Positions 1 to 10,584 of a stretch of 61,522 nt of DNA are shown in pieces. Each line of letters begins with the position of its first letter. The first letter of the stretch is position 1. A model generated the notes under the pieces. The model was not told the DNA's origin and did no database searches. It was given only the letters and a program-made list of their open reading frames with translations. The translations under genes and the position numbers were made by a program. The DNA comes from Pseudobacteriovorax sp. Lineage in GTDB: Bacteria; Bdellovibrionota_B; Oligoflexia; Oligoflexales; Oligoflexaceae. Where the stretch lies: NCBI GenBank assembly GCA_050293845.1, contig JBNKNM010000003.1, forward strand, positions 35,447-96,968, in the 5' to 3' direction.

Positions 1-2
1 AT

Positions 3-281
3 ATTGGAGTGATGGCACGTTCTCCGAAAGCCTATGCATTCCTCAAACAATACCTCACAGCTGCAAAGGTAAAAAGCCTGTTTCAAGAGCTTTGCCACGG
101 AACTGTTACGCGCTACGAGCTTCCTAGCATGCAAGGATTCAACTTTCTTTTGGACAGTTCATTGGGTGGTGGAGGAACCAAGACTTTACGCCTTGATGCC
201 CAAGGTAAAACTTTTGCCCAGGCTTTACTAGCGCAACGGGCCCCAATCCCGGCAAATGTTATTGCAGAATGTGAGTCATAA
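3..281 (+). CDS. AtuA-related (acyclic terpene utilisation) C-terminal domain, 5'-truncated by the window edge
   Basis: Frame is open from the window start (IGVMARSP...). Motifs VTRYELP, FNFLL, LGGGG and LRLDAQGK are typical of the AtuA C-terminal domain. Adjacent to an acyl-CoA carboxylase. Confidence 0.75.
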   Translation: MGVMARSPKAYAFLKQYLTAAKVKSLFQELCHGTVTRYELPSMQGFNFLLDSSLGGGGTKTLRLDAQGKTFAQALLAQRAPIPANVIAECES

Positions 282-284
282 TCA

Positions 285-2225
285 ATGAAGAAGCTTTCAC
301 GAATATTTATCGCTAACCGGGGTGAAATCGCTGGTCGTATCGCGTTAGCAGCCAAGAAATACGGACTAGAATCCGTTTGCCTTTATTCTGGAAATCATTG
401 TCCTGGATACTTATCTGGAATAGTCAGTAGCTTTATCCATGTGGAGCAAGAATCTCCTGCACTGTATCTGGATCAAGAGCAAATGATTCAATTTGCCCTA
501 AATTCTGGATGTGATGGGATTCACCCTGGTTTCGGATTCTTGTCAGAAAATGCCAGTTTCGCTGCCAAAGTCAAAAACTCAGGCTTGATTTGGATAGGCC
601 CTGAAAGCGAAGCCATTTCTGCTATGGCTTCCAAGGCTGCTGCCCGGCAACTGGCATTAGACTCTGGTGTCCCCTGCTTACCGGGACTGCAAGATGTTGA
701 TGGTAGCTCTACAGACAAAACCATTGATGCTTTTATTACCCATCATGGTTTCCCTATCCTGTTAAAAGCTGCTTTAGGCGGTGGTGGTAAGGGCATGAGA
801 GTCATTCGCAACAAGAATGAACTGCATGAAGGGATGCAACGGGCTGCATCTGAAGCGTTAAACGCCTTTGGAGATGCCAGCTTAATTGTGGAAAAATTTC
901 TCGAAAATCCTAGACATGTTGAAGTGCAAATCCTTGGTGACCAACATGGAGTTGTTAAAAGTATTGGAGACCGGGACTGCTCCTTGCAGAGACGCCATCA
1001 AAAAATCATTGAAGAAGCTCCCGCACCATTTCTACAGGCAGAAACCCGGAGAAAAATGCATGAAGCGGCTGTGTCTTTAGCTAAGAAGGTAGGTTACTAC
1101 TCTGCTGGTACAGTGGAGTTTTTGGTGGAAACCAATCCCCAAAACGGCTCCCAAAACTTCTATTTTCTTGAAATGAATACCCGCTTGCAGGTTGAACATC
1201 CTGTTACTGAGGAAGTTTATGGCTGTGATCTGGTACAGTGGCAGTTTAAAATCGCAGAAGGGGAGTCGATAGCTGACCTCGAAGTGAATCGACAGGGGCA
1301 TAGCATCGAAGCTCGTATTTATGCTGAAGACCCCTCTCGCGATTTTTTTCCGTCACCAGGAAAAGTTCAAGCTTTTCATCCGTATCGTGAACATGGTATT
1401 CGCTGGGAAATCGGACTTGACATGATAGACGAGGTTACCGGTAATTTTGACCCCATGATTGCCAAAATAGTAGCTACCGCCGAAAATAGAGATAAGGCAC
1501 TAGCTCTCCTAGAACAGGCGCTCAACAAAACCGTTCTCACGGGTCCCATCCACAATATGGAATTTCTGTCTTCCCTAGCCAGGAATCGTCGGTTCCGGGA
1601 AAATATCACTGGGACTCATTTTATTGCTGATACTAAAGATGAGCTTTTGCATGAAATAGAAAATAAGCGAAAAGGCTGTTTTGCTACGGCTGAAAAAATT
1701 CTGGGTGAATTAGCGCTACCACCTACGCGCCATCAATTCCAGTCTACTACTCAAAACGCCTTTTCAGAATTTCCCCTTACCGATATAAAGCGCATAATCG
1801 AGCATACTTACACGACTGCATCTTACCCGAAAACCAGCTGCCAAGTGGGCCGAGGACATATCTTGGTTGAGCGGACTTGCAAAGAATTTGCTTGGTCCTG
1901 CTCGCAAAGTTTTGAAGGTACCCACTACTACTGTAAAATTGATGGTTGTGGTTTTGAGATGTTTAAGGAGGCTCCCGGAAGCTCGGGTAATAAGGGACAT
2001 TTAGATTCAGATCATGTCTACGCTCCCGTCCCCGGTAAGGTCATCAAAATCTTAGCGGAAGCTCAAACAGAGATCTCTCCGAAAGATACAATTGTCATAC
2101 TAGAATCCATGAAAATGGAATTCGAAGTCAAGGCACCTCGGAAAGGCAAGGTTGCAGTGATACATGCTGCTGTCGGCCAGCAGGTCGATGCCGATGACTG
2201 TCTTATCACTTTAGTTAAAGATTAG
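285..2225 (+). CDS. Biotin-dependent acyl-CoA carboxylase alpha subunit (biotin carboxylase + biotinyl carrier; methylcrotonyl/geranyl-CoA carboxylase-like)
   Basis: IANRGEIA, HPGFGFLSEN, GGGGKGMR, RDCSLQRRHQK, FLEMNTRLQVEHPVTE; C-terminal ESMKME biotinylation motif. Confidence 0.93.
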   Translation: MKKLSRIFIANRGEIAGRIALAAKKYGLESVCLYSGNHCPGYLSGIVSSFIHVEQESPALYLDQEQMIQFALNSGCDGIHPGFGFLSENASFAAKVKNSGLIWIGPESEAISAMASKAAARQLALDSGVPCLPGLQDVDGSSTDKTIDAFITHHGFPILLKAALGGGGKGMRVIRNKNELHEGMQRAASEALNAFGDASLIVEKFLENPRHVEVQILGDQHGVVKSIGDRDCSLQRRHQKIIEEAPAPFLQAETRRKMHEAAVSLAKKVGYYSAGTVEFLVETNPQNGSQNFYFLEMNTRLQVEHPVTEEVYGCDLVQWQFKIAEGESIADLEVNRQGHSIEARIYAEDPSRDFFPSPGKVQAFHPYREHGIRWEIGLDMIDEVTGNFDPMIAKIVATAENRDKALALLEQALNKTVLTGPIHNMEFLSSLARNRRFRENITGTHFIADTKDELLHEIENKRKGCFATAEKILGELALPPTRHQFQSTTQNAFSEFPLTDIKRIIEHTYTTASYPKTSCQVGRGHILVERTCKEFAWSCSQSFEGTHYYCKIDGCGFEMFKEAPGSSGNKGHLDSDHVYAPVPGKVIKILAEAQTEISPKDTIVILESMKMEFEVKAPRKGKVAVIHAAVGQQVDADDCLITLVKD

Positions 2226-2252
2226 CTTTACCTTCTTTGATGCTATGGCAGC

Positions 2253-4892
2253 CTACAGCCCATATTTTTCATTAAAATGTTGCTGGAGGTTGCTGAGTTC
2301 AAAGGCATCAATCGCTTCGTTATAAAAAAGCAGTTCGTAAAGACTGCCTTTGAAATTGTAACCTGTCCCTAGTGTAGCTCCAGAATGAGTGACGATATTA
2401 CTATTGACCGCTCCAATACCTATAGCTCCGGAATGATTAAACAACATGCCTATACCAACGGAACTGGTTTGCTGGGTTCCCACATTGAGGGTCATGAGAT
2501 TATTGTTATAATCCCAAATCCCTATTACCAAATAAGAAGTGTTAGCCGTAATGGGAATACTCACATAGGTGCTTCCCCAGGGGGTTGTCGTTCCCCCATC
2601 ATCATTAGCTAAATTAAAGGCATTGAAATACAGAAATCCACTTTGAATATAAAAACAGATACCGCGCACATTACCACCCTGCTCATAGATCATTTGCAGG
2701 TTTGAAACATCATCAGAACTTGTTAAGACAAAGGCGAAACTCTTACCCGTATATGGTCCACCCACATTTAGGCTTGCCTCATTGGTCACATTGAGTGAAT
2801 CATCCGAACCATCGAACTGCACCGCACTATAACCATTCAGACCTCCAGGAACGAGCTGGGGTTGACGGCTGGTGTTCGACTGCGTAATGGTTTGGCGGCT
2901 GGCAATATCATTCCATGTCTCAACACCAGAACCATTAAGGATAACCCCTGATGCTGCATCTAACCAGAGATTCACATCACCTTTCGGGTTGAAGCTTTCA
3001 TCATCTGCAATATCGATCTGCATCGTGCTGGAAGCTGATATAAACTCTATTGAAGGTCTGAGAGTTACGGTAATACTCTCCCACCCTTCAACTAGAGCAT
3101 CGTCGTTAATCACAATTGTTTCCGATGCTGAAAAAGAAAAAGCCGGAATAACAATTTGTCCCTGTGTCATTTGATAATCGAGAGTCTCCGTTGCAGTTCC
3201 CCCCAATTGATACCTAACAACAAGATCCTGAGAACCCAGATTACTACGTACCACTGCCAAAGTTGGGTTTACGCCTTTATTTTCATCTATGACTATAGGA
3301 TCAATAGATAAGGTGACATTGGGAGTTGTATAGCCATATTTTGTATTGAGATAATTTAAAATACCCAAAAACTCCGACTCACCTAAACCAGTATTATATG
3401 CTATAAAATCGCCTATATAACCGCTAAAGTAGGTTCCCGAAGTTGAGGAGCTACCATCGGGAAACAGAGTGCCACCATTAGGCCCTCCTAAACCAATATC
3501 ATCTGAATGGGAAAAAAGCTTACCGATACCGGAAACACTCCCCACAAAGGCTCCATTGACAAAGCATTCCAGTGTATCGCGATTATGATCCATACGTAGC
3601 GCAACAATATAAGTTGTATTCACGTTGATATTATAGGCGACATATTTTCCTGACCATGGAGTCGTCAGTCCACCATCGTCGTTATTATTGTTCCAACCAT
3701 TACAATAGATCTGCCCTCCCTCAAGATACACCGAAAGTCCCCGTGTTGCCCCCCCCTGCTCGTAAATCAATTGCCGTCTGGTAATATCTGTACTGGTTTT
3801 AAGGCTAAGAATCAGCGTTTTTTCACTGTAGGGTCCGCCAGTATTTAATTCTGGAGCATCGGCTATTTTTAATACATCATCATTACCATCAAACAGCACT
3901 CCTTGCTGACCATTCATAATTCCTTCAACTAAGGTAGGTCGTGCTGAACCAGATTGCGACCCATGGTTTCCCTGGCCAGAAAGATCGTTCCAAGCCACTA
4001 CTGAAGACCCCGAGGTTAGCACTGAACTTTGATCCATCCGCACTACTTGGCCAGATGCTGGTAACTCACTATCATAATCATAAATCAACGATTGCGCTGT
4101 GCCATAACTGAAGTATTTTTTATTTTCTATAGCAGAAACTTCTATGATTTCAGCATTTTCAGCCATATCATCATTGATAAGTATTATATCAAAGGTCACC
4201 TCTGTTTTGCCTGCAGGTATAGTAACCGCAAGGGAGGGGGATATGTAGTCTTCATCAACAACAGCAGTGCCACTCACACTCAGGTTAACTTTCAAAGCTT
4301 TATTATCAGCTTCAGTCACCTTTTTAACTATAAAACTAACTATGCCTTCATTCTCATCGACACTGGGCTTTAACGCTTCGATAATCACAATATTAGCCTT
4401 AGTGTCCACAGCCTTATCACTGCTTTTTACATTACGGACAATGGAAAACCCTATACTATTACCGGCAGCCACTGGTGAGGATATCTGGGCAGTAACTTCC
4501 ACCATAGCCTGTTCGCCAGAGTCAGATTTAAATACAGTTGTACTTCCAAGTGATGGCTGAAAAGGACCATCTGGGCTATAAGAAATACCATTAAGAGTGA
4601 AAGAATCCAATTTTGCAACACATTGGGTGTCATATTCATAAAGGGATACAGAGGGCGATGTATGGGACAATTGAGCCGTAAAACCACTGCTGCAAGCAGA
4701 TATGGAAATACTGCTGTCCTCAAGCCCCGTAGCCAGCTGTAATCCTACCTCCAGACTTACAGGCAGCAATATCAACTCCCTGTCCCAAGATACATTGACA
4801 TCTCGAGTAGGAGAATTTGCTTCGGGAGCAGGTTTAGTGCAAGCGACACCTACCAATAAAAATCCCAACATGAGCTGAGTGACTTGATACAA
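2253..4892 (-). CDS. Surface lipoprotein with two tandem Calx-beta + LamG/concanavalin-like modules (putative adhesin/lectin)
   Basis: Lipobox VGVAC. Start uncertain: TTG 4892 follows a GGGAG RBS, the ORF track gives 4913. Two Calx-beta-like segments (SGTA..DY, IPAG, INDD..E) and two LamG-like segments (FDGxDD, IYEQGG, NDDGGxTTPW). Confidence 0.75.
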   Translation of the reverse strand: MYQVTQLMLGFLLVGVACTKPAPEANSPTRDVNVSWDRELILLPVSLEVGLQLATGLEDSSISISACSSGFTAQLSHTSPSVSLYEYDTQCVAKLDSFTLNGISYSPDGPFQPSLGSTTVFKSDSGEQAMVEVTAQISSPVAAGNSIGFSIVRNVKSSDKAVDTKANIVIIEALKPSVDENEGIVSFIVKKVTEADNKALKVNLSVSGTAVVDEDYISPSLAVTIPAGKTEVTFDIILINDDMAENAEIIEVSAIENKKYFSYGTAQSLIYDYDSELPASGQVVRMDQSSVLTSGSSVVAWNDLSGQGNHGSQSGSARPTLVEGIMNGQQGVLFDGNDDVLKIADAPELNTGGPYSEKTLILSLKTSTDITRRQLIYEQGGATRGLSVYLEGGQIYCNGWNNNNDDGGLTTPWSGKYVAYNINVNTTYIVALRMDHNRDTLECFVNGAFVGSVSGIGKLFSHSDDIGLGGPNGGTLFPDGSSSTSGTYFSGYIGDFIAYNTGLGESEFLGILNYLNTKYGYTTPNVTLSIDPIVIDENKGVNPTLAVVRSNLGSQDLVVRYQLGGTATETLDYQMTQGQIVIPAFSFSASETIVINDDALVEGWESITVTLRPSIEFISASSTMQIDIADDESFNPKGDVNLWLDAASGVILNGSGVETWNDIASRQTITQSNTSRQPQLVPGGLNGYSAVQFDGSDDSLNVTNEASLNVGGPYTGKSFAFVLTSSDDVSNLQMIYEQGGNVRGICFYIQSGFLYFNAFNLANDDGGTTTPWGSTYVSIPITANTSYLVIGIWDYNNNLMTLNVGTQQTSSVGIGMLFNHSGAIGIGAVNSNIVTHSGATLGTGYNFKGSLYELLFYNEAIDAFELSNLQQHFNEKYGL

Positions 4893-4925
4893 AATTTTCT
4901 CCCATGAACACAATATAGGATATCT

Positions 4926-4954
4926 TTATCGGTAAAGCCTCCATAGCTCCTTGA
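4926..4954 (-). promoter_or_regulatory. Possible sigma28 (FliA)-type promoter
   Basis: Minus strand TCAA-N17-ACCGATAA upstream of the LamG lipoprotein; spacer is longer than the canonical 15. Confidence 0.4.
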
Positions 4955-5289
4955 CCTTAAATTGCTTACTAACACGTAAGCATAAGTCAATCATAGTCCA
5001 AATTGTCTAAAGAACGATCAATTTCCCCGCTATACTGAGCTTTCTTACCATAGATATGAAAGCGACTTAGTAGGCTTCGGTGTCAATGACTTTGACAAAA
5101 AAACCTCTTGTCATATTCCTTTACATATTTTTCGAAACTATATTGTTTTTTATTCTTGGAACAAAACTTGCGTTAGTATTGGCTGAATAGTCAAATTAAG
5201 AAGCTTTGCTCCAGTATTCCTTGGGTAATGCCGAAAAGAAAACTGGAAATGTAGAAGAATGTATTCGAAGTATACAGTTGGGGGGACCA

Positions 5290-6579
5290 ATGAGGTTTAA
5301 GCTAAGCCTTATTCTAGTCATGACCTTGTTAGGTTGTGAAGAAAAGTATGAAAAATCAACACCTTTTAATGCGCCAGAGATCGTTAAGAAGGCTGCTGAT
5401 CTGTCGATTGATGAACCATTGGTTCCGACCAACCCCGACGCCGGTGAAGTGATAGGCAAAGAAGCCCCTATAGATCCTTTAGAGAGTCAGCGACGACAGG
5501 CATTGAATGTGTTGCAACCTATTGTCTGGGGTCAGTCTATGGGCGGCATTGATATGACAACAACTCGCAGTCAGGCCAAGTCAATATTATCAAACCCCGT
5601 ATCGAGTTCCAAATCGGGCACCTTAGATCTTGTCATCTATGGGGAATACCTAGCTGTTTTCTGGGATCCTAATAGCGGGCTACCGCTAGCATTAATTGCA
5701 TTAGAGGGCTATGGTGGTAAATTAGAGCTACCGGCACCCTATGACTCCCTTACTACAAAGCAAAACATCAGCTCCTATATTGATAGCCGAGCAAATCAGG
5801 ATAATTTCGTTCGCGCTCTAGGCCGACAGTTTCAAAATAAATCCGCAACTTTCGACTGCCTTGAGCAGAGAACCTGTCGTTTCCTTCGCTTTGATGATGG
5901 CACTAAATCTATTCAGTTTAGTTCGGGTCGCATCGAAGTCAATCTTGATAATACGGTGGGGAATATACTAACACCATTTCCAGGTATTTTTCCACCGCGC
6001 TTTACAGGAGAGCTGAATATAGAAAACAGCACTCTGGGCGCTTTTACCTTTCAAAGCTCTAGGCAAGGAGTTGAAAATCAATTGAACCCTGCCCTAGATA
6101 CAGTTAGATCTCCTCTATCCCTCTACAGGGATCCGTCACTCGATAATGATATTAAAGCATTTACTTTTTATTACGACGACTTGAATCTGGGAATCCAATG
6201 GACTGAGGACAGCACACCCGAAACAATTTTGGTTCGCCGTGATTTTCAAGGAGAGATTATTTTAAGAAACGCCCCCGACACACGAACCACTTTAGGAGCA
6301 TCGATGCTACTGTTTATCGATGAAGCCCAGCGTCCTGACCCTGAAACAGTGGACGACGATAATCTGATTGGTACTCATGCTCCTCAATTAATGAAAGACC
6401 TTGATACCTTATTATATAATCGTGCAGCAAATTATGACTGTGAAACAGCAAACACCTGTAATATGAAGATATTCCCCGATCGTATCGAAATCAATCTTAA
6501 TACATCCACGTTCGTTGTGGAGCGAGATAAAGAGATGAAGCTACTCATAGCCTCTATCAATCAAGCTCGTTTTGAATAA
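5290..6579 (+). CDS. Hypothetical lipoprotein with internal two-fold repeat
   Basis: ATG 5290 after a GGGGGA RBS; lipobox LLGC; two related halves ending FDCLEQRTC and YDCETANTC. Confidence 0.75.
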   Translation: MRFKLSLILVMTLLGCEEKYEKSTPFNAPEIVKKAADLSIDEPLVPTNPDAGEVIGKEAPIDPLESQRRQALNVLQPIVWGQSMGGIDMTTTRSQAKSILSNPVSSSKSGTLDLVIYGEYLAVFWDPNSGLPLALIALEGYGGKLELPAPYDSLTTKQNISSYIDSRANQDNFVRALGRQFQNKSATFDCLEQRTCRFLRFDDGTKSIQFSSGRIEVNLDNTVGNILTPFPGIFPPRFTGELNIENSTLGAFTFQSSRQGVENQLNPALDTVRSPLSLYRDPSLDNDIKAFTFYYDDLNLGIQWTEDSTPETILVRRDFQGEIILRNAPDTRTTLGASMLLFIDEAQRPDPETVDDDNLIGTHAPQLMKDLDTLLYNRAANYDCETANTCNMKIFPDRIEINLNTSTFVVERDKEMKLLIASINQARFE

Positions 6580-6603
6580 ATGAAAGGATATTTGGAAAAC
6601 ATC

Positions 6604-9459
6604 ATGAGATATCAAAATTTATTACAGATAATTTTTATAATATTTGTTGTTTCCTCGTGTGCCAAGAAAAGGCCGGTCGAGCCTGTATACGACCTTGATA
6701 GTAGCCGTTGGTCTAAAGGGGTATTTGAAAATGGCAAGGACTGGCTTTATAAGGTTACCATCGTGAAAAATGGTGCTAATGGTGACTTTGGTTTTGTCGG
6801 TTTGCAAAGTGATATGCGCTTGGGAAAATTCCGCTTTACTGAAGACAGGCTGGAATTTGTTTCCTCCATCGACATTTATGGTAGACCGCAAACAACAGAA
6901 AAGGTGGTGAATTCGTGGAGTGGTAGCCATTCGGAATATCATCGCGCCGTTGTAGGCGGTAAAGTTAGCAATGTACAGTCTGAAAATGACACTATTGCTT
7001 GGAATGAAAAGAACTTTTTTAAAGTAGACTGGACATCCGCAGCCATATCGGAACGGGATAGTTTTGGCTATGGTACGTCTAGTTCATGTTTCTCCAAATT
7101 GGCGTCACGAAGAGTTCCCGACTCCGAAGAGATTTCAGCAGAACATATCACCTTCACCGTAGCTGTCGATTACAAATACGATCTTTCATCATGTTTTAAT
7201 CTACGAAAGTATCTTACAGGAGACGAAACGGTAACTGTACACTTTAAATACTCATTCATTCCAGATAAACCAGGCAGCACTTATAAACCATATGTTTATA
7301 CAAGTGAAACTGATCCGTTGATGAAAAAGTACGGATACTTCAACACCTTTGTGGGTAAGGTTGGCGATGATAATCGCCAGGTCAACACCTTCTTGATGAA
7401 TCGCTGGGATACTGAAAAAACCCATATCTTCTATTTTGCTGAAGGGTTCCCCGATAAATATAAAGCTATTTATAACGATCCCGAAACTGGTATTTTTGCC
7501 AAAACTAACCAGTTATTACAGGAAAATGGAATTCCGACCCGCTTTGAGATTAAAGAAAACACAGGGCAGGAATTTGGTGATCTGCGTTATTCTTTTATTA
7601 AGTTTATTGAAGAACCTGAAGGTTCAGCTCCACTGGGTTATGGTCCTTCAGATGCCCACCCCCTCACTGGAGAGATTATCGCTGCAAATTCAATGATTTG
7701 GACCAGCGGACTCAAGTACTATGCGAAAATCTACCGTGACGAAGCAGCCGCTACCAAAAAGCTTACAGAAACATCCAGCCTTCAACGTGAAATGGCAGAC
7801 ATATTGGGATCTGGCCCTATTCAATGGAATGCTACTGCAAATTTTTTGGAAGATAATACCCTCTCCCAATACTATCGTTATTTATTACCAGAGTTTACCT
7901 ATGGCCGTCGGGGTAATTACTATACCTTTGAAGAAGATCCTTATCTTAAGATTTTTCCTAAGGGATACTACGACAATCTCCTGGAGAAGGTAAATATCAA
8001 CCCCCAAATGATTGAAATGCACAAAAAGTCCGAAGAAACCATCAAACAGCAACTGCTCCACTACTCCCAAATGGATCGTCGAAATAATAATGCAACAACG
8101 GTCTATCGTCTCGAAGAAGCCATCGCAGCAAGTGGAGGTCTGCATCAACTGATACAAGAGGTAGATGATGACACCATCATCAATGATATTCTTTATCGTG
8201 TGGCCATTCACGAGTTTGGTCATAACCTTAATTTACGGCACAATTTTTATGGTTCTGTCGATGCCAAAATAAGCCGAAGTCCTGGAGAGGATTTAAGTCA
8301 AAAAAGGACTTCATCAGTCATGGACTACCTGGCTATCAGCGATGAGGTGGGTCTCCCCCATGACTGGGATGACTATGATCGTGCCGCCCTTGTTTTTGCC
8401 TATAGCAACGGCGAGACTGACCTTGCTAAGCAAAAAGGCTATAACTATCTCTATTGTACCGACGAACATCGGGCTCTTAACCCCCTTTGCAATGCTTATG
8501 ATCAAGGGGCCACACCCACCGAAGTTATTTCTAGCTTGATCACCCGCTACGACCTTGGCTACCAAAGGCTAAACTTTCGCTATGGCCGAGCCTTCTGGGA
8601 TACGCGTTACTATGAAAATGCCGCATTTGGTACCATGTTTGATATCAAGAAAATGGTTAAGCTCTATCAAGAGACTTTCTTACCCAGCCAAGTCGGAAAC
8701 GAGCTCACCGGACTGAGCTTTGTCGATGAAGCCACCGTGAACACAGTTACAGCAGAAATCCGCGAAGATATTACTGAAGCTACCAAATTAGCAGCAGCTT
8801 TCTATAGCTCCATAGTCAAACAGGGGAGTCTTGACAGACCTTTCACCAACTCCTACGATGACTTTACTGGTGAAATTAAACAACTTGGTATCTGGCCTGA
8901 TAAGTATTACGCCAAGTTCTTTCTTATGGGGGATGCCTCCTTTCCCCTAAATCCTAATTTTGGAGAAATTCCGGTATCCTTTGTCAATTTGCGATCTGAC
9001 CCCAATATCGGCGGCTTTATCGATCAGGTTTTATTCGATACTTTTGTTAATTCGGGAGATGGCTATGTTGGCTACGATACGATCGGTCGGATCTTCTACT
9101 CACGCAATGCCTCAAATTTTTTCGATTTCGAAGGTAGTCAGAGTGCGATCGATTTAATGAAGGTAGAATGTTATAAGCCAGAATCCTTTAATACCGCCTT
9201 TGGTGTAGACCCTACTGGCTTGGCAAACGGCTCTAATACCCTAACACCTGACTATGGTGCAGCCACAAAACCCGACATTTATTTTAGTGATAAGGGACAG
9301 ATTAATGTTATCGAAATTAACAATGAACTCTACGTTTCCGCTGTAGAAAATAATAAGTACGCTGCCGGAGTCATTGATACTAATGACCTCAACGGCGTAT
9401 TGATTGTCTATATCCTCTACAAACAGGCTACTCGCGGTGAGGTGGAGCGTTGTCAATAA
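6604..9459 (+). CDS. Zinc-dependent metalloprotease lipoprotein (met-zincin, EcxA-type zinc-binding domain)
   Basis: Lipobox VSSC; HEFGHNLNLRHNF (HExxHxxxxxH); Met-turn SSVMDY; LGYGPSxxHPLTGEII motif. Confidence 0.87.
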   Translation: MRYQNLLQIIFIIFVVSSCAKKRPVEPVYDLDSSRWSKGVFENGKDWLYKVTIVKNGANGDFGFVGLQSDMRLGKFRFTEDRLEFVSSIDIYGRPQTTEKVVNSWSGSHSEYHRAVVGGKVSNVQSENDTIAWNEKNFFKVDWTSAAISERDSFGYGTSSSCFSKLASRRVPDSEEISAEHITFTVAVDYKYDLSSCFNLRKYLTGDETVTVHFKYSFIPDKPGSTYKPYVYTSETDPLMKKYGYFNTFVGKVGDDNRQVNTFLMNRWDTEKTHIFYFAEGFPDKYKAIYNDPETGIFAKTNQLLQENGIPTRFEIKENTGQEFGDLRYSFIKFIEEPEGSAPLGYGPSDAHPLTGEIIAANSMIWTSGLKYYAKIYRDEAAATKKLTETSSLQREMADILGSGPIQWNATANFLEDNTLSQYYRYLLPEFTYGRRGNYYTFEEDPYLKIFPKGYYDNLLEKVNINPQMIEMHKKSEETIKQQLLHYSQMDRRNNNATTVYRLEEAIAASGGLHQLIQEVDDDTIINDILYRVAIHEFGHNLNLRHNFYGSVDAKISRSPGEDLSQKRTSSVMDYLAISDEVGLPHDWDDYDRAALVFAYSNGETDLAKQKGYNYLYCTDEHRALNPLCNAYDQGATPTEVISSLITRYDLGYQRLNFRYGRAFWDTRYYENAAFGTMFDIKKMVKLYQETFLPSQVGNELTGLSFVDEATVNTVTAEIREDITEATKLAAAFYSSIVKQGSLDRPFTNSYDDFTGEIKQLGIWPDKYYAKFFLMGDASFPLNPNFGEIPVSFVNLRSDPNIGGFIDQVLFDTFVNSGDGYVGYDTIGRIFYSRNASNFFDFEGSQSAIDLMKVECYKPESFNTAFGVDPTGLANGSNTLTPDYGAATKPDIYFSDKGQINVIEINNELYVSAVENNKYAAGVIDTNDLNGVLIVYILYKQATRGEVERCQ

Positions 9460-10328
9460 ACCATAAACTTATTTTCGTCTTCCTTATCAGCTCCACGGGG
9501 ACTTTCGTGCAGGCAGAACAGCAGGTTGTGGCTCAACCGCAGGCGAGCACCATCTCCCCGGAAGAGAATATAACCCAGCAGCCTGATAAAAATTGGTCCA
9601 AAGGAGCTGAAGCCTCCTTTTCCACCGATTTGGATGGTAATAATCCAGTGAAATCTTTCAGTGGTAGAGTGGGGTACAAGCCAAACGATGATCTAGGATT
9701 TAGTATCGCTCAAAACATAACACAGAAGTTCTATATCTACCCTAACGAGGATGAACTCAGCCTTAGCGATACGGTAATTTCGGCCTCCTACAGCGTTGGT
9801 GAGATGTTCCAGCTGGGCCATAGTTTCGCTGCAAGCATGAGCCTTCCTATCTCAGAAGAATCACGCGATAATGAAAAATACACCACTATCAGCATCTCTT
9901 GGAGCGCAAACCATACCCCTTTCGAAAAAATTTCATTCAGTTATGGTTTATCAGCAAGAGGGTACCTATCTAAGTACCAATCGCAAATTTCCGGTGATGG
10001 ACTGGGAGGGGCTCCTTTTCCCATAGCTAGCACAGGATTTAGTCATGGGTGTAATTACCAGTTAATGGAAAACTTAGGGTTTAACTACTCCATTAGCAAT
10101 TCCCGCGTCTGGTACTATGATCTAAATCCAGATGAGGCCCTAGGTGCTTACGATGTTCCTAACGATCTATTCTCAGCCTCCATAGGCATGAGCTTTACCC
10201 GCGACTTTTTAACCATCTCCACTGGATTTTCAAAGGGTAATCTCATCACCCAAAGAGATTCACTGGACTTGGCTATTTTTGATCAAGAACTATCCCAATG
10301 GTACATTTCACTAGGCTTCAGCATGTAA
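9450..10328 (+). CDS. Putative outer-membrane beta-barrel protein
   Basis: Signal peptide ending VQA; alternating amphipathic strands; C-terminal WYISLGFSM; overlaps the protease stop codon. Confidence 0.65.
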   Translation: MSINHKLIFVFLISSTGTFVQAEQQVVAQPQASTISPEENITQQPDKNWSKGAEASFSTDLDGNNPVKSFSGRVGYKPNDDLGFSIAQNITQKFYIYPNEDELSLSDTVISASYSVGEMFQLGHSFAASMSLPISEESRDNEKYTTISISWSANHTPFEKISFSYGLSARGYLSKYQSQISGDGLGGAPFPIASTGFSHGCNYQLMENLGFNYSISNSRVWYYDLNPDEALGAYDVPNDLFSASIGMSFTRDFLTISTGFSKGNLITQRDSLDLAIFDQELSQWYISLGFSM

Positions 10329-10584
10329 AACCTTGCATGGTTTTACGGATATCAATCAACAAAGGCGAACATCGTCACATCTGCATTCATTTATAGCCCC
10401 ATGAGTGGGTAGGATCATTGCGAGATGCACCGCAATAGGGCGTTTATTGCTTAACTCTAGACAAGATGAAAAATACCAGTCATCATGGCAAGAGGGGTTC
10501 TTATATTAACCCTAAAAAAGTATTTGCCTGGGAATCTGTCAAACCCTACTATCTAATTTGGTATTTGCAATGTTAGGAGAAAGC

